Assembly (NCBI GenBank): GCA_964016885.1
Contig: OZ024742.1
Location: 186,372,001-186,436,000 of the forward strand
Length of the DNA: 64,000 bases
Origin: Eledone cirrhosa
Lineage: Eukaryota
Reading direction: 5' to 3'
Part shown: positions 1 to 12,364 of the stretch, piece by piece
How the letters are laid out: each line of letters starts with the position of its first letter
How positions within the stretch are numbered: position 1 is the stretch's first letter
The notes under the pieces: model-generated
Told to the model about the DNA's origin: nothing
The model's database searches: none
What the model saw: the letters and a program-made list of their open reading frames with translations, nothing else
Made by a program: the position numbers and the translations under genes

Positions 1-520
1 ATCCGTAACTAAATACATTACATCGATAACATTACTCTTCCAATATCTCCAGTTTAGCTTTATCACAGAAGTAAACCATATTGGAATTTCAGTTTTCAAT
101 ATATTTATTCTTCATTTTCTTTCAGAAGGTAAAACACTTTCACCACTAGAAAACGTTTGTTAAGTAGTATACAGAGAGTTGTTTCTGATCCATATGTAAA
201 ATCTCACTTTCTTTTTCCAATTCATCACCAAAGAATTATGTCGTCCATGAAACATACCAAATGCCACTAAGATACAAATGATTTATATATTATTATCTTT
301 AACTTCCCCAAGAATGAACACATTTACAACTTGGTAAATCTCATTTTCCACTTCTCAAGTAATCCAACAACTACGTAGTTTATGTAATTATCGTGCCAAT
401 AATCAGATTTGAAAATCCTATCTTCCACTCAAGATAAACTTTGTTTCCCCGAGAAAATTCTCTTCACACACAATCTCTTTTTCACCCGCTCATATAGTAA
501 TACACAGAATAGGGTGGCAG
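1..520 (-). pseudogene. Highly degraded non-LTR retrotransposon RT remnant (R4/Dong-like)
   Basis: Minus strand near 230-270 reads HLVCFMDDIIL (RT YxDD-like, cf. HLLFMDDLKL); near 425-470 a decayed RGIFQGDSLS-like motif; many stops. Confidence 0.4.
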
Positions 521-822
521 TTTCTCTTGTTGTCGTCGTTGTTGTTGTAGTCACCGTTACTTATAATAGAATTATACATAGATTCCAATGGAAATAGCAA
601 TTTGTTATTACTACTACTACCAGGTTTTCACCATGTTTAGAAACGACAGAACTGATTTACAATAAATATATTTTAGAATCTTTACTTAGAATTAGACTTA
701 TCATTTTACGTTCGTTTTCTCGTGCTTTTTACCGGATGGAATGAAGTCAGCAGCTTATTTCGGTTTTAAGGGTGTAAGTAAAGACTTCTTTTCTGGATGG
801 GACGCCAGTCTGGAACAGAGTC

Positions 823-1109
823 CAGGGCTGGATTTAGACCTTGGGGGGCTCTGGGGGACTTCAGGTTTGGGGGGAGCCTCAAATAGAAAAAATTAGAATA
901 CACAGCAAACCTCCCTATTTTACATATCAAAGTTAGCTTGGCGCAAGTAATTAGATTGAGAAGTTATACAGGTATTACATAAAAAAAACATTCTAATCAT
1001 CCTGAATCTAAGAAGGCCCAGCTGGGGGCACAAATAAAATGCTACGACCGTCGCTGGTGCAGGGGCCCCGGGGCAACTTCCCCTTTGACTCCTATTAAAT
1101 CCGGCCCTG
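823..1109. mobile_element. hAT-type MITE inserted in a CORE-like SINE
   Basis: TIRs cagggctggattta / taaatccggccctg; degenerate 8-bp TSD acagagtc / acagggtt; SINE-like sequence resumes on both sides. Confidence 0.75.
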
Positions 1110-1639
1110 ACAGGGTTAACCCTACCAGCTGCTTCAGGAACATATTTCCAACTGAGTGAGCTAGAGCAAGGTAAATTGAAGTGACTTGCTTAAGGATACG
1201 TTGCAAGGGCACATCAACTAGTATTAGATAAGATTCTGTGGCCGAGTGGTATTTAGGGATGCTGGTAGAAAGTGAATAAATAGGAGGTACAGAAGAAGTG
1301 TATTAGAGCCAGTTATTATTCCACGTCTGTTTTTTCATGCTTTACATGGGTCGGATGCAGTGCAGAGCTTACTCCGGTTTCATGGGGGTTAAGTGACCGA
1401 GAGGACAAGGACCGTTGTAGGGTTAATCCACAGTTAGCAACTATATTCATTAATTTTAACTGATGGAACTGGAACAATGTGTAAATGAAGTTCATTGTGC
1501 TCAAGGACAACCTGACACCATGTTTAGGATTTGAAATCACGATCTTACAATCGAGGGCTCAACACCCTAGCAACTAGGGTGTTGAGGTACTTTCAAACTA
1601 CTGAGTCGATAAAGTGTCTGAAAATAGGAACTACACGTT

Positions 1640-2017
1640 TGGGGTTTCGGAGATCAGAGAACCACTCAAGGCAGAGCCGCTACTTCTCCGAATTGAGAGA
1701 TCACAGCTCTGATACTATGAGCATGTGGTTAGAATATCTCAGGAAAGAATCACTAGATAGAGTTTACGGGCAAAACCAACCGACAGGAGATCCAGGGGTA
1801 GACCGAGAGCAAGATGGTTGAATAACGTCCATGAGCTTGGTTTGTCTCCCTTGGGGATTCAGCCAGATCAGTTGGAGATGGTTGCTTCTTTTGATAGGAT
1901 CTGCTGGAAAGAATGTTTGGGAACTCTGCCCCCCCCCCCCCCCACACACGACCATTTCAGGAATAAGTGAGTGAAGAAAAAGAAGAAGAAGAAAAAGAAG
2001 AAGAAGAAGAAGAAGAA
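1640..2017 (+). mobile_element. RTE-clade LINE 3' end with (GAA)n tail
   Basis: Homologous to 16410-16740, 19972-20380 and 56222-56425; ends in gaagaagaa; the 20215-20472 copy encodes KRPRGRLRARWLDNI, typical of RTE C-termini. Confidence 0.65.
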
Positions 2018-2119
2018 GCAAAGACTCGTCATCGTCGTTGAACTGTGTCAATAGGTCAACATACCTAACTTATACTGGCTCATTTAGTCTACTTAGGTGA
2101 GAATAGGTAAGGATAGATC

Positions 2120-2445
2120 CTCCGTCGGTTTCAGCGATGATCATTCAGTCGTTCGATTCATAAATTAACGTATAAGTAGTTCGATATTCCACAGACAGAT
2201 GTACACTTAACATCAATACCCAGGCAGAATCAGCTTGATAGAATATGAGACATGACTGGACGTTTGAATTATAGGTATAATACACCTGACGGGCTTGCAA
2301 ACAGTTTCTGTCTACTTAGTTTCACTCACAAGGCATGGGTTGACCCGGGGCTTATGGTAAAGACATTTGCCCAACACGCTACATAGTGGGATCAAACCTG
2401 ACACTTCATGATTGAAAAGCGAGCTTCTTAAATACCCAGCAATGT
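2120..2445 (-). mobile_element. Composite interspersed repeat plus CORE-like tRNA-SINE
   Basis: Same arrangement at 5100-5445 and, reversed, at 2745-3205, 6850-7180 and 15397-15730; contains acttgcccaa CORE-like motif and tRNA B-box-like sequence. Confidence 0.6.
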
Positions 2446-2744
2446 TGTACTTACCCGTTTATCATCGTCAACAGTGAGAGCATAGCGTATTTAACGAATG
2501 TTTTGTTAACTTCCACACTCCAATAGATTGTTGACTGGCTAGATGACTGGCTGGCTATATGACTGGTTCTCTATCGATTCTATGACGATGTTGCCCTTCT
2601 TTCCCCATCAAATATATCGATCACGCGTCTGATGATCACACAGGGGTGATATAAGTTCAATATCTGATAAACAGACCCGAAGACACGTTAAACACGGATG
2701 GATACCTACATGGAGACAACAGGGACAGGATGAACGTCACAAAC

Positions 2745-3205
2745 ATGGCTGAGTGGTTAAGATGTTCGCTTCATAATCACGAGGTTTCGAGTTCGATCCC
2801 ACTACGTGACATCATGGGTAAGTGTATTTACTATACCCAAGGTTGGACACCCAAGCTATGTGAGTGAAACTGGTCTGACAGAAACTGTGTGGAAGCCCAT
2901 AAGATGGACTGGAGCAGTTATTTAGAGATCCGGCCCTATCAAACATTGTCACACTGAATCTCCCTGAGAATTACTTTAAGGATACATGTGTGCGGAATAC
3001 TCAGCCACTTACACTATAATACAAGCTGGACTGTAATTGTTATTCAGGGGTCCAGTCTGTGTCATGCCGAATCTCCCTGAGAATTATGTCAAGGGTACAA
3101 ACCTGTTTTTGCAAAACTCAATCACTTACACATTAATTCACAAGTCGGAACTCACGTTCAGTTGATCTAGTGACTGGATGCTCATCGTCGAAACCGACGG
3201 AGGAT
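2745..3205 (+). mobile_element. tRNA-derived CORE-like SINE plus associated repeat
   Basis: tggctgagtggttaag (A box) and gttcgagttcgatccc (B box); homologous to 15397-15730. Confidence 0.6.
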
Positions 3206-3261
3206 CTATCTATCATTGACATCAGTAAGTCAACATGATTAGTATTATTCCAATCATTTTG

Positions 3262-3432
3262 AGGGCGGTGGATTGGCAGAATCGGTAGAGTGTCGGACAA
3301 CATGCTTTGCAGCATAGAATTACGTCCCCTCGATAAAATAAAGTACCAGTAACAGTACTGGTTTCGACTTAATCGACCCCTCCTCTCCCCCCCAAAAAAT
3401 TGTTGGCCTTGTGTCTAAATCAGAAACCATTA
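3262..3432 (+). mobile_element. tRNA-derived SINE with Nin/Deu-like domain (internally deleted copy)
   Basis: gggcggtggattggcagaatcggtagag head and gataaaataaagtaccagt core shared with about 20 copies in the window. Confidence 0.75.
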
Positions 3433-3754
3433 TTTCAATCATTTCAGCAATTGGGGAGATATCTCCGCATATATTTCTGGTTCATTAGATTTCAACAGCC
3501 AAACCGACGGAGGACCCATTAGAGGATAGAGGAAACCACATCAGTGTATCAAATCCTATTGAATTTGGCAGAATGACTATGAATTTAATGTTCCCCACAG
3601 CACTTTTAACTTATATATACTATGGTAGGAGAAAGAGGCCACAATCAACATGCCAGCACGTCAATATTTATTTGTGTTTATGATGTATTTGCCGCACCAT
3701 CCTACAGGGACAGCCATTGCCGTTGTTAGAAAATGGTCGATTGTTTTATACAGA

Positions 3755-4522
<768 letters not shown>

Positions 4523-4600
4523 TCGCCAAGTGGTGCTATTAAGTTATACATGGCCTGGGCCAATACTGGCCGAAACCTATCAAAGTTAAAGTTATACACA
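4523..4600 (+). mobile_element. Short 3' end of the CR1-like LINE family
   Basis: Reverse complement of 35186-35260 (tcgcca.gtggt.ctattaagtta.acatggcctgggcc...gaaacctatcaa). Confidence 0.7.
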
Positions 4601-4634
4601 GTCTTATATGTTGTCACATTACCACATTTCTAAA

Positions 4635-4865
4635 AGAAGACGCTGTTTGTGATTTTCAAGTAATTTTGAAACTAATCAAGAATTTGGAGAGTTTTAGAAA
4701 AAAACTTTCTCATTATTAAGTTGATGTTTGTAACGTAACTTAACAAAGGTTCTTACATAAAATTATGATGGAAGGTTTTTGGATAAATAGAAACACTTTA
4801 GAATAAACTGTTGTGTATCATAGAACTATGAGTGATTTTAGGTGGTTTGGTATCAAAAGGGTTAA
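4635..4865. mobile_element. piggyBac-like MITE end (TTAA-CCCT terminus)
   Basis: Ends ggtatcaaaagggttaa; related sequence begins ttaaccttttcat at 8228. Confidence 0.45.
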
Positions 4866-4869
4866 GGCA

Positions 4870-5080
4870 TAAAGGTTTCTAATTTAGACACAAGGTCAGC
4901 AATTGGGGGAAGAAGTGAAAGTCGATTAAAACAACCCCAGTACTTGATTGGTTCTTTATTTATCGACCCCGAAAGAATGGCAAGCATAGGTGACCTCGGC
5001 GTGATTTGAAATGATAACGTAAAGAACCGGAAGAAATACCACAAAGCATTTGTCCGACACTTCTCTCAATCCACCCACCA
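4870..5080 (-). mobile_element. Nin/Deu-domain SINE (diverged)
   Basis: ttatttatcgaccccgaaag core on minus strand. Confidence 0.65.
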
Positions 5081-5779
5081 GACGTCATTGGAATTAACCT
5101 CCGTCGGTTTCGACGATGAATGTTCCAGTTTTTAGATTAATAGAACGGCCAGCTCGTGAAATTAACGTAAAAGTTCCTGAACATTTCACAGACACGTGTA
5201 CCCTTAACGTAATTCTCAGGGTAATTCAGCATGATACATTGTGACAAGACTGGCCCTTTGAATTATCGGTACAGTCCATCCGATGAGCTTGCAAACAGTT
5301 TCTGTCTAACTATATTTTCCTCGCAAGGCATGGTTCAACCCCAAGCTTTGGTAAAAGACTTGCTAAAGATACCAACCACCGTTTAGGATCGAACTCGAGA
5401 CCTAAAGATAGCGAAGAGAACTCCTTAACTATTCGGCCATGTTGCTTCCACAAATATTCATACACGCACACCCTCAACCTCAACCACCCCACCGGCACAT
5501 GTTCACCGCCCCCAAAATCTCCCCCTCTACTTCTCTACGTCACTAATTCCACCCCATACCGGAAATATTTTGGCGACATTTCAATAACTCTAATTTCTAC
5601 AAATGTTAACATGAGCCAAAAATTCATATGAAACACCCAATGTGTATGTCTATATATAAGAATGTATATGTATATATGTATGAATCTATTTATTTATGTG
5701 TGTATGAATTTATTTATTGATGTATGTATGTTCTCTTTTTCTCTTAATTTTCAATTTATTTTTGACCGGCCACCTTCCA

Positions 5780-6480
5780 GGTGGCAAAGTTGTAAAGAAA
5801 ATGAAATTGTCGTTGTCTCTTGTGTAAGTGTTCCTCTTTTGAATCAAGAATATTTTACAGATTTTGAAGGTTCCATATATCGTAGCTTCTGAATCAAGGA
5901 GCTAAATTATCTCTCCACAGATCCAGGCGTGTCGGTATATAACCTCTATCTCCAATAATAATGACTATGAAGCTGAACATGTATCTTGGGTACTTGATCT
6001 GCAAACTCCTAATCAATAGCCCGCAAATATCCCCCTTCTTTTAGATTTTTCTTACCACATTGGCATCAAGTGGGCAACTGACTTCTACAACAGAGCACGT
6101 TTTTAATGTGTGGTCCCAAACAACAATATCATGTCGATGGTGCTTTAATTTAATGGCTATTTTTATTTTTAGGTTCCATTAGTATTCTTTTGAGCCATCA
6201 GTCTCAACATATTTCTCCTTATATGATTTTTTTTTCGTCTTCCATAATGCATTCCAGATCGTTCTAGCTATCACATCATACCTCATTGGTGGATTGTAAC
6301 GAGAAGACATTCTTTGACAGTTGACAAAAATGTAGCTAACACCTTCGGTCTTTGTTTTGCACAGCCTACATTTATTGTCAATTGATGACCTTCCTCTTTT
6401 GTGCAGTAGGTACTTGGTGGGAATTTCTTGTTCCTGGATTGCATAGCGGTGGGATGTTATTAATTTGTCGGAACGTCATG
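5780..6480 (-). pseudogene. R4/Dong-like non-LTR retrotransposon C-terminus (zinc knuckle plus restriction-like endonuclease), degraded
   Basis: Minus strand reads CRLCKTKTEGVSYIFVNCQRMSSRYNPPMRYDVIARTIWNAL and KLKHHRHDIVVWDHTLKTCSVVEVSCPLDANV...LQIKYPRYMFSFIVIIIG, matching CCHC and RPD-IVV/EVSCP motifs of RLE-type LINEs. Confidence 0.7.
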
Positions 6481-6594
6481 TCAGTCTTTTAGTATGGTTT
6501 ATTCCTTCTATTGTCCATTTTTCTATTTTGTTCGAAAATTGAGTAGAAACTGCTAATGTTAATGGGAGAGAGATTTGTATCAGCTTCTATTTCA

Positions 6595-7960
6595 TGGCGG
6601 CGAATTGGCAAAGTCATTAGAACGTCAGATAGAATGTTTTGCAGTATTCGTTCCGACACTGCTCTCTGAGTTCAAACCCCGCCGAAGTCAACTTTGCCTT
6701 TCATCCATTAGAGATCGATAAAAAAATGCCTGTCTAGTACTGGGTTCGATTATTTCTCTATATAACTTTCTCACTTCCATTCTCTCACTCTCTATCCTTC
6801 TCTGGAAGAAATCTGCTGTATTCAGACATGGATAATATTGGATGAACGGCATTGCTGAATTGTTAAGAAATTTGTTTTGCAATCATATGATCCTAGGTTC
6901 AATTCCACTGTGTGATATATTGATAAATGTCATTTGCCACATCTTCGGGTCGAGCCTTGGGAATGGAATTGGGTAGACAGAAGCTGCTTGGATGCCCGCC
7001 ATATGTCCTGTATCTGTAATTCAAAGGGCCGGTCGTGTCACACACATTGTTACATTGAATCGCCCAGAGAATTTACTCTGTGGGTACAAGTGTATGGAAT
7101 GCTCAGCCACCTATACGTTAATTTCATGAGCAAACAGTTCCATTGATCGAACAATTGGAACACTGGTTGTTGAAACCAACTGAGATCTAATCCAGTCCAT
7201 ATAATGTTTTGAATATTATTATTGGATGAACGAGGCGGCGAATTGGCAAAATCGTTAGAATGTCGGATAGAATGCTTTACAGTATTTGATTCAGCTCTCT
7301 GCTCTCTAAGTTCAAATCCCACCGAGGTCAACTTTGCCTTTCATCCATTTGATGTCGATAAAAAAAGTACCAGTCTAGTAGTGGAGTAGATTCTTCCTCT
7401 ATATCTCTTTATCACTTCCTTTCTGTCACTCTCTCTACTCTTCTCTAGAAGAAATCTGCTGTACTCAGGCCTGAAGAGTAGATGGCGTCTGCCATGATTT
7501 AAGATGTCATAGAAACACCATATATCAATATGGTGCCCTGCGATTCCCTTGCGGATTAAGGGAAAGAAGAAGAAGAATTGGGTGAACGCAGGTTTTCCGC
7601 TTTGCAAGCATATGGTCCAGTGTTGAAACCCACAGTTTGGTACATTGGTAAACGTGATTTACTATAGCTTCAGGTCTTGTGAGTGAAATGCGGTAAACGG
7701 AAACTGTAGAAGTCCTTCTAATTGAGCATACCTGTATTTCAAATATTTAGCCGTGTCACATTGTGTCATGCTCTTTGAGTGTACCTGTATTTCAAAGATT
7801 TAGCCCTGTCACGATTATTCTTAATATATTCATTTTTCAGCAGAGTGAACTGGAGCAATTTTGAAATGAAATGTCTATATGAAGGACATACTACGTCATC
7901 CGGTCTGGTAATCAAACCGACGAACTAGTGGTCGTGAGCCCAACCCCCCAATTATTAGAC
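6595..7960 (+). repeat. Two tandem copies of a composite SINE unit
   Basis: 6595-7200 and 7234-7960 share SINE head, ctagtactgg...ggaagaaatctgctgta extension and a following CORE-like SINE; third copy near 57260-57780. Confidence 0.6.
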
Positions 7961-8819
7961 CGATTCGGATAGGGTATAAAATCGGATTGATAAAAATACT
8001 TTTTAAAAATTACAAATTAGTATTTGCGTTTTTTATCTGTATGCAAATTTGGGCAAATCAATCTTTTTTCCCGCCCTAACCAAAGGGCCCCAAACACCCA
8101 TGTGTTAGAGTAAAGAATGATGAAAAATAACGGGTAATATTACTAAGTGCTTAATAGTTGCGAATGATGTAGGATATCTAACATAGGATCCTACATACCT
8201 GAAGGTTTTTAGACAAATACATACACTTTAACCTTTTCATCATCATATGAAAGACACTGCCTATAATTTTGAAATAACTTTTAAAATAATCAAGAATTTA
8301 CAGAGATTTAGTAATGTCACTTTTTAATTATCAAGCTGAACTGTGCACATACTTCTTCACAAAACATACAGGAATCGCAAACACAAGGTTCTAAGAACCT
8401 TCGCTAAGTACAAACCACTACCGCCCTACAGACAACTGACGCTGCACACCAGCTCTGATACTGGGTTAGTGACAACGCGTCACTCGGTTGGGAATTGAAC
8501 TCATGACATTACAATTATGAGTCTGACAAACAAACTAGTAGGCTAGGCGTCTTCACTAAAGTGTCGGGCGCAAAAAATAAAACGAAAACATAAATAAACA
8601 AAGCAAAGCAAAAAAGCCCAGAGTATCGGGTAGTTCCAGGCGAGTGGAGTAAGTTTTTTGTCGTGCCAAAAGTGATGTTTATCGGGAGTCGGCTGCTTTG
8701 TTAGGGGTGGTTACTTCGATTTTCTTTCTTTATTAATAACCCTATCGATCTCCTTGGCTTTGATCGACTTTGGTTTTGGCGATTTATAGCATTGTTTTGT
8801 TTGTTATTGCAAGTAGAAA

Positions 8820-9101
8820 TAATAGTAGTAGTAGCAGCAGCAGCAACAGAAGCAGTTGTAGTAGTAGTAGTATTGGTAGTAGTAGTAGTGGTAGTAATAG
8901 TAGTAGTAGTAGTGGTAGTAGTAATAGTGGTAGTAGTAGTAGTAGTAGTAGTAGTAGAGGTAGTAGTAGTAGTAATAGTAGAGGTAGTAGTAGTAGTAGT
9001 AGTAGTAGCAGCAACAGTTGTAGTAGTAGTAGTATTGGTAGTAGTAGTAGTATTGGTAGTAGTTGTAGTAGTAGTAGTGGTAGCAATAGTAGTAGAAGTA
9101 A

Positions 9102-9137
<36 letters not shown>

Positions 9138-9237
9138 CTGTGGTTGTAGTAGTAGTAGTGGTAGTAGTAGTAGCAGTGGTAGTAGTAGTATTAGCAATAG
9201 TAGTTGTAGTAGTAGTAGTAGAAGTAGTAATAGTAGT

Positions 9238-9269
<32 letters not shown>

Positions 9270-9336
9270 TAGCAGTGGTAGTAGTAGTATTAGCAATAGT
9301 AGTTGTAGTAGTAGTAGTAGAAGTAGTAATAGTAGT

Positions 9337-9368
<32 letters not shown>

Positions 9369-9750
9369 CAGCAGTGGTTGTAGTAGTAGTACTGGAGGTA
9401 GTAGTGGTGGTGGTAGTGATGGTGGTAGCAGTAGTAGCAGTAGTAGTAGTAGTAGTAGTAGTGGTAGTGGTAGTACTAGTAGTACTGGCGGTAGTAATAT
9501 TATTGGTAGTGTGTGGTAGTGGTGTTGTAAGGTGGAGCTGTGGAAATGGTGATGAGGTGGTGGTGATGGTGGCGGCAGTGGTTGTGGTGGTGATGGTGGC
9601 GATGGGGTATCGGTGCTGGTGTTGGTGGTGATGGTGTGAGGTGATGGTGGTAGCAGTTGTAGTAATGGTACCATGATAATAAATATGGTACATTTAGTAG
9701 TTATGGTGGCGATGTTGGTTATGATGATGATGATGATGACGACGACGACA

Positions 9751-9801
<51 letters not shown>

Positions 9802-9996
9802 GTAATGATGGTGATGGTGATGGTGATGATGATGATGGTGATAGTGATGGTGATGATGATGATGGTGATAGTGATGATGATGATGATGATGGTGATGATG
9901 ATGCTGATGATAGTGATGATGATGATGATGATGATGATAGTGATGATGATGGTGGTGGTGATGATGATGGTGGTGGTGGTGGTGGTGGTGGTGGTG
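8820..9996. repeat. Compound (GTA)n/(GGT)n/(GAT)n trinucleotide microsatellite
   Basis: Direct inspection; explains poly-T/S/V/L/M ORFs. Confidence 0.95.
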
Positions 9997-10306
9997 TTTC
10001 GTGGTAGTGTTATATTAAGTTAGTCATAGCGAATGTGTGAAGACACGTGGTTTAGTGACCATGATGCCGGGCTTACAATCGTAGGGTCGTAAGTTCGATT
10101 CCCGGAAAGGGTGGAGCGTTGTGCCCATAGTGAAAATTCCGATGGTAGAGGTAGTAGTGATGGCAATGCAGACCTGTCAACTCCCCCCCCCCCCCCCGTC
10201 CGACGGGGAGATCTCTCACCCACTTACGGATGTGTGAGAGATGCCTTCTCTTGTGAAAATGGGTATAACTGTCATTATGTCAAAAGTAGAAACAATTACG
10301 TAAAAT

Positions 10307-10493
10307 GGTGGATTGGCAGTATCGGTAGAGGGTCGGACGCCATGCTTTCCAGCATAGTTACGTCCCTTTATGGTCTGAGTTCAAATCCCGCCGAGGTTAA
10401 ATTTGCCTTTCATCCTTACGGGGTCGATAAAATAAAGCACCAGTAATGCACTGGGATAATCGCTGGTCTTGTGCCAAAAGTAGAAACAATTAT
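10307..10493 (+). mobile_element. Young tRNA-derived SINE with Nin/Deu-like domain
   Basis: A box ggattggcagtatcggtagag, B box gagttcaaatccc, core gcctttcatccttacggggtcgataaaataaag, 3' end gtgccaaaagtagaaacaatta. Confidence 0.85.
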
Positions 10494-11072
10494 TGGGGCA
10501 GCAAAAGCCTTTAACGAAGATATGGTTTATGCTGATATCAAGTTATTCTCGACTGTGAGTAGTAATTACAGGAGGCATAGTAGCAAATGAGGATGACAAC
10601 TCTGGACAAATTTCGGTCGCATTAAATCTCCTCAAACAGATAAATCACACTCCATATTTGCCAAATTAGTGATAAGAGAATCACTAGATTCATGTACGAT
10701 ATTGTCAATGTGTAGGCGTCAATCATTAGCATAATGATCAGAGAAAATTGCTCAGAGGCACCATCCATACGAAAAATATGTCATTCATTAGGGGTTACGG
10801 AATCAGTGATCAACAATGAGTTGAGAGTGCTGCTGCACTCCGTCTCTGAAAACAGGAGTTGACGTCTCATCTAGCGGTGATGCAACTCTGTGCCACCCAC
10901 GAGTGTAGGCAACCAAATCTCGGCACAACTGTACAGAATTAGATGAGTATGATATTATAACTCTGGACCTCGGCATGTGACTCATATAGTTGTGTGTTTT
11001 TTTAAATACGACTATGTTGTGTAAATAACAAGGTAAAATAAATATTTATAACTAGAGCTAAGTGTATATAAG

Positions 11073-11112
<40 letters not shown>

Positions 11113-11116
<4 letters not shown>

Positions 11117-11295
11117 CGAAGGAAATGTGGTACGGAACCAGATGGACCATAACGCACTCAATACTTAGGGTAGTAGAGTGGGTAATAGGAACGAGTAGGA
11201 CCCCGACGGCTGAGCTCAAGCCGTTTCGACGGCTAATTCAGTTCAGAATTAGCCGTCGAAAGGGCTTGAGCTCAGCCGTCGGGGTCCTACTCGTT

Positions 11296-11300
<5 letters not shown>
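11113..11300. mobile_element. Fold-back mini-insertion of PLE pLTR family A in (TA)n
   Basis: ~125-nt long arm plus ~55-nt inverted short arm; inversion inside HHR stem II region; same family at 25061, 31478, 31710, 39220, 57818. Confidence 0.8.
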
Positions 11301-11350
<50 letters not shown>

Positions 11351-11355
<5 letters not shown>

Positions 11356-12039
11356 ATATAGAGTTATAAACTCAAACAGTCTTTTACAATTAAATAGCTC
11401 AAAGAAAGAAGTATTTTTGAGCCGTGAAATACAAGTTAATATAAATTAATATATGATAAACACTAATACAATCATACAAGTGTTTGTATTGCAAATGACC
11501 AAGTTAGCTAGATTGAAAAATACTAATTAGATTAATACAGTTTGCCTTTGAGTTTATAACTCTATATATTGTATTAACGAATCCTTTTGTTGAGCTAAAT
11601 TTTAGTCCCATAAAAACGGCTGTTATTTCTAGCAGCACGAGTATGGGGATAACTAGGAACTGAAAAACCATGTGCGTTAACACTTGCCTATCAGTCCTCC
11701 TAAGTATTTCGAGGTGAAACATACCAATTTTTCTGGATACCTGCCGATGAGCACAGTAAATGGAATCTTTCACTCTCTCACTTATCGTTGCGAAACTTAT
11801 TTGGGTTTTGAAATTTAAACCTATCTACGGAACAGGTTTGAGTTTTGAAATTTAAATTTGTCCAGGTATCACGGCTATTGCCAATATGGGTTTGTTTTTA
11901 TTGATTTATTATTTTAAATCGAGACAGGTAAACTGTATTAATCTAATTAGTATTTTTCAATCTAGCTAACTTGGTCATTTGCAATACAAACACTTGTATG
12001 ATTGTATTAGTGTTTATCATATATTAATTTATATTAACT

Positions 12040-12042
<3 letters not shown>
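11351..12042 (+). mobile_element. Non-coding HHR-bearing fold-back element (retrozyme/PLE-like), ~550-nt circularly permuted unit
   Basis: Inverted arms 11431-11546 / 11926-12042; 11351-11376 is the reverse complement of 11547-11572; flanked by (TA)n. Confidence 0.75.
11736..11870 (+). ncRNA. Type I hammerhead ribozyme, U4C core, very long stem III
   Basis: gatacctg-CCGATGA-gca...tgc-GAAAC...GTC-caggtatc; 8-bp stem I. Confidence 0.75.
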
Positions 12043-12090
<48 letters not shown>

Positions 12091-12304
12091 TAGGTAGTAC
12101 GGTGAAATACTGTTGCATTTCAAATCAAGCCCTCTATGCACAGGCAGAGTATATATGTAAATGAAACTTCCTCGTTTAAAAGAAAATATATATATATATA
12201 TTCTTTTACTCTTTTACCTGTTCCAGCCATCCGATATATATATATATATATGTATATATACTAGCTGGCTCGTCCGGCTACCATTGGCGTGTTCTACGGC
12301 ATCC

Positions 12305-12361
<57 letters not shown>

Positions 12362-12364
<3 letters not shown>

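Noticed and set aside
2745-2815. tRNA gene
   Set aside because: A/B boxes present but no full cloverleaf; continues into SINE body and is multicopy
4548-4585. ggcc-aatact-ggcc-GAAAC hairpin resembling a hammerhead half
   Set aside because: No CUGANGA-like core upstream; it is the 3' end of the CR1-like LINE
8701-10023. Long ORFs (330, 296, 279, 249 aa) resembling mucin or Ser/Thr-rich proteins
   Set aside because: Open in several frames on both strands because they are trinucleotide microsatellites
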